From contig CAYLZE010000136.1 in assembly GCA_964388035.1 (NCBI GenBank), positions 1-12,352 of the forward strand: 12,352 nucleotides of DNA, given 5' to 3'. Both the position numbers and the translations under genes were made by a program. Under the pieces are notes generated by a model that saw only the letters and a program-made list of their open reading frames with translations, searched no databases and was not told the origin of the DNA. Position 1 is the first letter of the stretch, and every line of letters starts with the position of its first letter. Shown here piece after piece: positions 7,865-12,352 of this stretch. The stretch is from an uncultured archaeon. GTDB lineage: Archaea; Asgardarchaeota; Lokiarchaeia; Sigyniarchaeales; SOKP01.

Positions 7865-9454
7865 ATGGAACAAAAGCTTGGAATCTTAAATAGTATCTTA
7901 CTGGAAGCAAATAGAGCAGATAATCTCAACATATTATTAGAGAATGTGTTAGATTTAACCTTAGAATTGTTAAATTTTAATGGAGGAGGCATCTATTTAA
8001 TCGAAGAATTAACAAAAAGTGCACGCATAGCTTTTTCTAAAGGGTTCCCAAAGAAATTCATCGAATATGCAGATTATTTAAAAGTAGATACTTTTCCATA
8101 TAGTTCTGTTTTACTTGATGGAGAGCCCATTTTTATTGAGAAGTATCATGACTTTAACCCGGAAGGTTCAGAAAAATGGAACATCAGTTCTGTTGCAAGC
8201 CTACCATTATTTTCAAAAAATATAATCATAGGAGCTTTAAATTTAGCTGCACATGAACATCATGCATTTACCGCTGAAGAAAAAGCCCTCCTTTTAGCAA
8301 TTGGACGCGAGTTAGGGACGGCCATCAATCGATTAAAAATCGAGGAGGCACTTCAAAATAGTCGGTCCAATCTCCATTCTTTATATGAATCAATTCAAGA
8401 TATGGTATCCGTTTCAGATCTTAATGGAAATCTCCTAAATGTTAATCCTGTCGTTCTGAAGCGGCTAGAATACACGGAGGAAGAAATCTACACCTTGAAT
8501 ATCTTAGATATTCATCCCCCTGATCGTGCCGAAGATCTACGTATAACTACGGATCAAATTTTAAAAGGAGAAAAGGATGTGTGTAATATTCCCTTTATAA
8601 CAAAAAACGGAAATTTGATCCAAGTAGAAACTAAAGTAGTAAAAGGAAAATGGGGTAACCAAGAAGTTTTTTTTGGGATCAGTCGTGATACAACAGAGAG
8701 AAAAATGGCTGAAATAAAATTAAAGGAATCGGAAGTAAGATATAGGGATGCTTACGAGCAAGCCAGACTCTATAAAGATATTTTAGCCCATGACATGCAA
8801 AATATACTTCAAAACGTAAAATCTTCAAAAGAGCTTCTTAGTTTAAGCATTAATAATTTAAAACCTCAAACTAAACAAGAATATTTGGATATTATTGAAC
8901 AACAAGTAAATAGGGGAAAAGAATTAATTGCTAACGTGCAGAAATTATTTCAATTAGAAGAATCTGATGTAATGTTAAAAAAAGTCGATGCTTATATTAT
9001 TCTTGAAAAAGCAACCCAATTTCTGCGAAATAGTCATCCAAAAAAGAATCTCTCAATAGAAATTTCTGCTCCACGTAAACCAGTATTAGTAATGGCAAAT
9101 GATTTTTTAACAGACATTTTTGAAAATTTATTAAATAATGCTGTGACATATTGTACTGAATTAGAAGTAAAAGTTAAAATTAAAATATCTGAAGCGAGGA
9201 AGGAAGGTAATCAATATTTTAAATTTGAGTTTAGAGATAATGGAATAGGTATTAATGATCAAATGAAAAAAATAATTTTCCAAAAAGGATATACAGCAGA
9301 AAAACGATCGAAAGGAATGGGTCTGGGCTTAAGTTTAGTGAAGAAAATCATCGGGAGGTATAACGGAAATGTCTGGGTTGAAGATAAAGTAAAAGGAGAT
9401 TACTCCAAAGGGAGTAATTTTATTCTATTGATTCCAAAAGCAAATGAGGGGTAA
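7865..9454 (+). CDS. Cytoplasmic sensor histidine kinase, GAF-PAS-DHp-HATPase_c
   Basis: GAF (GGGIYL...SLPL...IIGALNL...FTAEE), PAS (NP...LEYTEEE...DIHPPD...SRDTTERK), H-box LAHDMQN, N-box ENLLNNA, G1 DNGIGI and G2 GMGLGLS. No TM segment. Confidence 0.94.
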   Translation: MEQKLGILNSILLEANRADNLNILLENVLDLTLELLNFNGGGIYLIEELTKSARIAFSKGFPKKFIEYADYLKVDTFPYSSVLLDGEPIFIEKYHDFNPEGSEKWNISSVASLPLFSKNIIIGALNLAAHEHHAFTAEEKALLLAIGRELGTAINRLKIEEALQNSRSNLHSLYESIQDMVSVSDLNGNLLNVNPVVLKRLEYTEEEIYTLNILDIHPPDRAEDLRITTDQILKGEKDVCNIPFITKNGNLIQVETKVVKGKWGNQEVFFGISRDTTERKMAEIKLKESEVRYRDAYEQARLYKDILAHDMQNILQNVKSSKELLSLSINNLKPQTKQEYLDIIEQQVNRGKELIANVQKLFQLEESDVMLKKVDAYIILEKATQFLRNSHPKKNLSIEISAPRKPVLVMANDFLTDIFENLLNNAVTYCTELEVKVKIKISEARKEGNQYFKFEFRDNGIGINDQMKKIIFQKGYTAEKRSKGMGLGLSLVKKIIGRYNGNVWVEDKVKGDYSKGSNFILLIPKANEG

Positions 9455-9475
9455 GAGAAAAAACCATTCTAAATC

Positions 9476-10752
9476 TCAATTTAGATTACTTTTTACACTT
9501 CGATTAACCTCAATTTTTCCTTCTTTTATTACCATTTTTATCCGATCTTTATTTTGTAAGATTTTAATATCGTTTAACACATTCCCATCAACAACAATAA
9601 TATCAGCCATCTTTCCCACTTCAATTGTTCCAATATCTTTTTCTTTTCCGCAAGCATGCGCACCTCCAAAAGTAGCCGCTTTTATTGCTTCAAAGGGAGT
9701 TAAGTTTCCATATTTTACTAATAATTCTAATTCTTTCGCATTTGTTCCGTGTTTGAAACTCTCTGATGAAAGTAAATCCGTTCCCATTGCGAGCATATTG
9801 CCAGAATCTCTAAGATTTCTCACACTTTTCTTTATTTTTTCCCATTCTATTTTTCCTTTTCTAAGAGTCCATTCTGGCATTGTATTCATCTGTTTTGGAT
9901 CTAGAATTCCCGTAGCCACATATAATGTAGGAACAAATATTGTATGATTTTTTAATCCTAATTCAAGTGTTTCTTCATTTGGTGAATTGGCATGATCTAT
10001 AACTTTAACTCCTGATTGTATCGCTAAATTGATTCCCCTTGTGCCTTGAGCATGTGCGCTAACAAATGTGCCTGCATTTTCCGCAATTTCCACAATTGCT
10101 TTCATTTCCTCCGCAGTAAACTGAACATCATCTGGAGAATCTTTTTGAGACATGACTCCTCCTGTTGCGCAAATCTTTATGAAATCTGCACCATGTCTAA
10201 GAGACAATCGGGCGGCTTTAATACATTCAGCTTTTCCATCACAAATACATGGATTTATTTTTTTCGCCCAATGGAGGGGCAAATAATGAAAATCATCATG
10301 CCCTCCTGTCGTGCTTAAAATCCAAGCTGAATTTATAATTCTTGGTCCTTTTATTGTGCCTTCTGAAATCGCAAGTTTTAATCGGAGGCAATAGGATGAG
10401 ATTCCTCCGAACCACAATCTCTGACCGTGGTAAAGCCCACTTCGATTAAATTCTGAGCGTCTATGGTGGAACGTATTAACTTTAATCCCATCGGAACCAC
10501 ATGACTTTCATATATTACATCGTCAGTTTTCCATCCCATGAAGTGCATGTGAGCGTCGATTAACCCCGGCATAATAGTTTTATTTTCTAAGTCTATGATT
10601 CTAGCATTTTTAGATACATTTATATCAGAGAAGCTGCTAATTTCACTAATTCTTTCCCCTCTTATACCGATGCTTACCTTCTCTATGGGTTTTTCATTTA
10701 CAACATCAATAAGATATCCATTCTTGAGTATAAGATAGTTTTCTTCACTCAT
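9476..10752 (-). pseudogene. Metal-dependent amidohydrolase (Xaa-Pro dipeptidase-like), split by a one-base frameshift near 10378-10410
   Basis: ORF 10378-10752 has MPGLIDAHMH and GFTTVRDCG. ORF 9476-10417 continues with GPRI, GGH, GADFIKI, AHA, DH, GTD and G-x-IEVGKMADIIV. The span is 1277 nt; adding one base gives a 425-aa enzyme. Could be an assembly error rather than a true pseudogene. Confidence 0.85.
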
Positions 10753-10773
10753 ATTTATTAAAAGTATTGTATG

Positions 10774-10785
10774 ATATAATTCGAA
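10774..10785 (-). promoter_or_regulatory. Possible BRE/TATA promoter of a leaderless amidohydrolase transcript
   Basis: The minus strand reads TTCGAA-TTATAT, with TTATAT 22-27 nt upstream of ATG 10752 and no SD sequence visible. Confidence 0.3.
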
Positions 10786-10835
10786 ATTTATTAGAATTTA
10801 ATTATATTTTGCTTCGGAAATAATTAATATTAACA

Positions 10836-10876
10836 AAAAGAAAATCTCATTTCAATAATTAATATGATTTTCTTTT
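10836..10876. repeat. 11-bp inverted repeat AAAAGAAAATC-N19-GATTTTCTTTT in the divergent intergenic region
   Basis: Perfect arms at 10836-10846 and 10866-10876. Confidence 0.5.
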
Positions 10877-11057
10877 GATAGTTGTTTTTCTTTCTTATGA
10901 GCATTCAATTCCAATAATTTAAATTTGATTTACCTATAAATTTCTTATCATATATTATCATCAAACCCCAATGCCCTAATTCATTAAACCTCAACTTTTA
11001 TATACAAATAAAACAAAGAAGAGATTATTAAAAATTAGTTATGAAAATTGAATTATA

Positions 11058-12352
11058 ATGGAAAATATTCAGAAAGAAGAGAAAGTTAGTTACACTTCAA
11101 GATACATGTATTATAGTGTCTTTATAATGGGTATGATTAATCTAATCGATATATTTAGCTCAAACGTATCACCGTTGGTTGTCTCTTTTGTAGTGAATGA
11201 ATTTTTTATTTCTCAAGGTGTACCAGAAAATATCGCATATGCTCAATATGGGCTAGCTATGTCATTAGTTTCTGTTTTTATGCTCGCTGGATTAGTAATT
11301 AAATGGATTGCGGATAAATACGGAAGAAAAATCGCTCTCATTATTAATATAATTGGAATTAGCATTTCCGCACTAATAGTGTTATTTTCATCAAGTTTTT
11401 TCATTTATGTGTTAGGAGTATTATTAGGCTCTGTTTTTTTAAATGCCGACATGCAAATGTTATTTACAATGGAAGAGTGTCCTAAAGATAAACGGAGTAT
11501 GTTCGTTAATGCCGTAAGAATTGTTGGATTAGGGGGGGCTTTATTGGTATTACTTTTACGTTTCTTAATATTATCCGGAACGAGCTCACAATGGAGATTA
11601 TTATGGTTATTACCTTTCATTGGTGGAATCATTGCTACTTTTGTTTCTCTTTTTACCATTAAAGAAACGAGCATCTATTTAACCATGAAGGCACAGAAAA
11701 ACAAGGATTCTGGAGAAAAACAACAAAAGGAGAGTTTTATTAAAGCAATGAAAGACATCTCAAAACTTAAAAACTTTAGAATCATTATGATAATACTTAT
11801 CGTTGGTATATTAGCAGTAATGGGCGGATTTGTCGATAGCACTTATATGGAGCCGTATTTTTCCCAAAACTTTACATTTAATGAAGTAAATCTAATATAC
11901 GTGCTTCGATTTTTAATCAGCATACCCGTAAGTGCAATGATTGGGATAATAAATGATAAATTAGGGCGTAAAAAAGGATTGTATTTACATCTAATTTTAA
12001 TACCCTCATTCCTATTATTGACCCTCTTTTTAGTCCAATTTGGTAATTTTATTCTCGTTGGCATTACTTATGGAATCTTCATATATTCCTTATGGTTAAC
12101 AACTTCTACTACGGGTACTATTATAGGAGAATTGACTCCCACTAAATTTAGGGGTACCATTGGAGTATATTCCTTAATAATTGGATATCTGGTAATTTTT
12201 GTGACGACAATCATTTTTTCTATTTTACGCTTATGGTTAGGATTCGAAAGCTTGTTTCTTATCGCTTTTATTCCAGGATGCTTAGTTGCTATCCCCCTTG
12301 TCGTGAAATATATACCTGAAACGAGGGGAACGGATTTAACTAAAATTGTAGA
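11058..12352 (+). CDS. MFS transporter, nearly complete; stop codon lies beyond the window
   Basis: Not in the ORF track; hand-translated frame from ATG 11058 (MENIQKEEKVSY...) is open to the window end. Motif A occurs twice (WIADKYGRK, GIINDKLGRKKG), plus EECPKDKR, ELTPTKFRG and C-terminal PETRG. Confidence 0.93.
   Translation, partial: MENIQKEEKVSYTSRYMYYSVFIMGMINLIDIFSSNVSPLVVSFVVNEFFISQGVPENIAYAQYGLAMSLVSVFMLAGLVIKWIADKYGRKIALIINIIGISISALIVLFSSSFFIYVLGVLLGSVFLNADMQMLFTMEECPKDKRSMFVNAVRIVGLGGALLVLLLRFLILSGTSSQWRLLWLLPFIGGIIATFVSLFTIKETSIYLTMKAQKNKDSGEKQQKESFIKAMKDISKLKNFRIIMIILIVGILAVMGGFVDSTYMEPYFSQNFTFNEVNLIYVLRFLISIPVSAMIGIINDKLGRKKGLYLHLILIPSFLLLTLFLVQFGNFILVGITYGIFIYSLWLTTSTTGTIIGELTPTKFRGTIGVYSLIIGYLVIFVTTIIFSILRLWLGFESLFLIAFIPGCLVAIPLVVKYIPETRGTDLTKIV

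Noticed and set aside
9444-10318. ORFs 9444-9947 and 10046-10318 (+), including a Cys-rich start
   Set aside because: Antisense to the amidohydrolase; the cysteines are a by-product of the opposite-strand codons.
11405-12064. ORFs 11405-11674 and 11843-12064 (-)
   Set aside because: Antisense shadows of the MFS transporter gene.

Overview
AT-rich prokaryotic window with no rRNA, tRNA, CRISPR array or transposase. The style of the proteins (7TM-zinc finger fusion, GAF-PAS kinase with an HDxxN H-box, non-pyrrolysine MttB) and the T-tract terminators suggest an archaeon, probably Asgard (Lokiarchaeia-like); this is inference only. Gene order: partial M20 peptidase (-), 7TM membrane protein with a C-terminal C4C4 RING-like finger (+), non-Pyl MttB-superfamily methyltransferase (+), DUF711/UPF0210 PFL-like protein (-), about 1 kb of very AT-rich spacer, 4-TM protein with an internal duplication (+), UPF0237 ACT protein (-), orphan GAF-PAS histidine kinase (+), frameshifted amidohydrolase (-), MFS transporter (+, runs off the end). 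The strongest novelty candidate is the 7TM receptor-like protein fused to a RING finger whose cysteine spacing matches the TFIIH p44/Ssl1 C4C4 RING as I recall it, a possible membrane sensor/E3 ligase. Also notable are the ACT-DUF711 pair separated by 2.1 kb, the single-base amidohydrolase frameshift and several operator-like palindromes.
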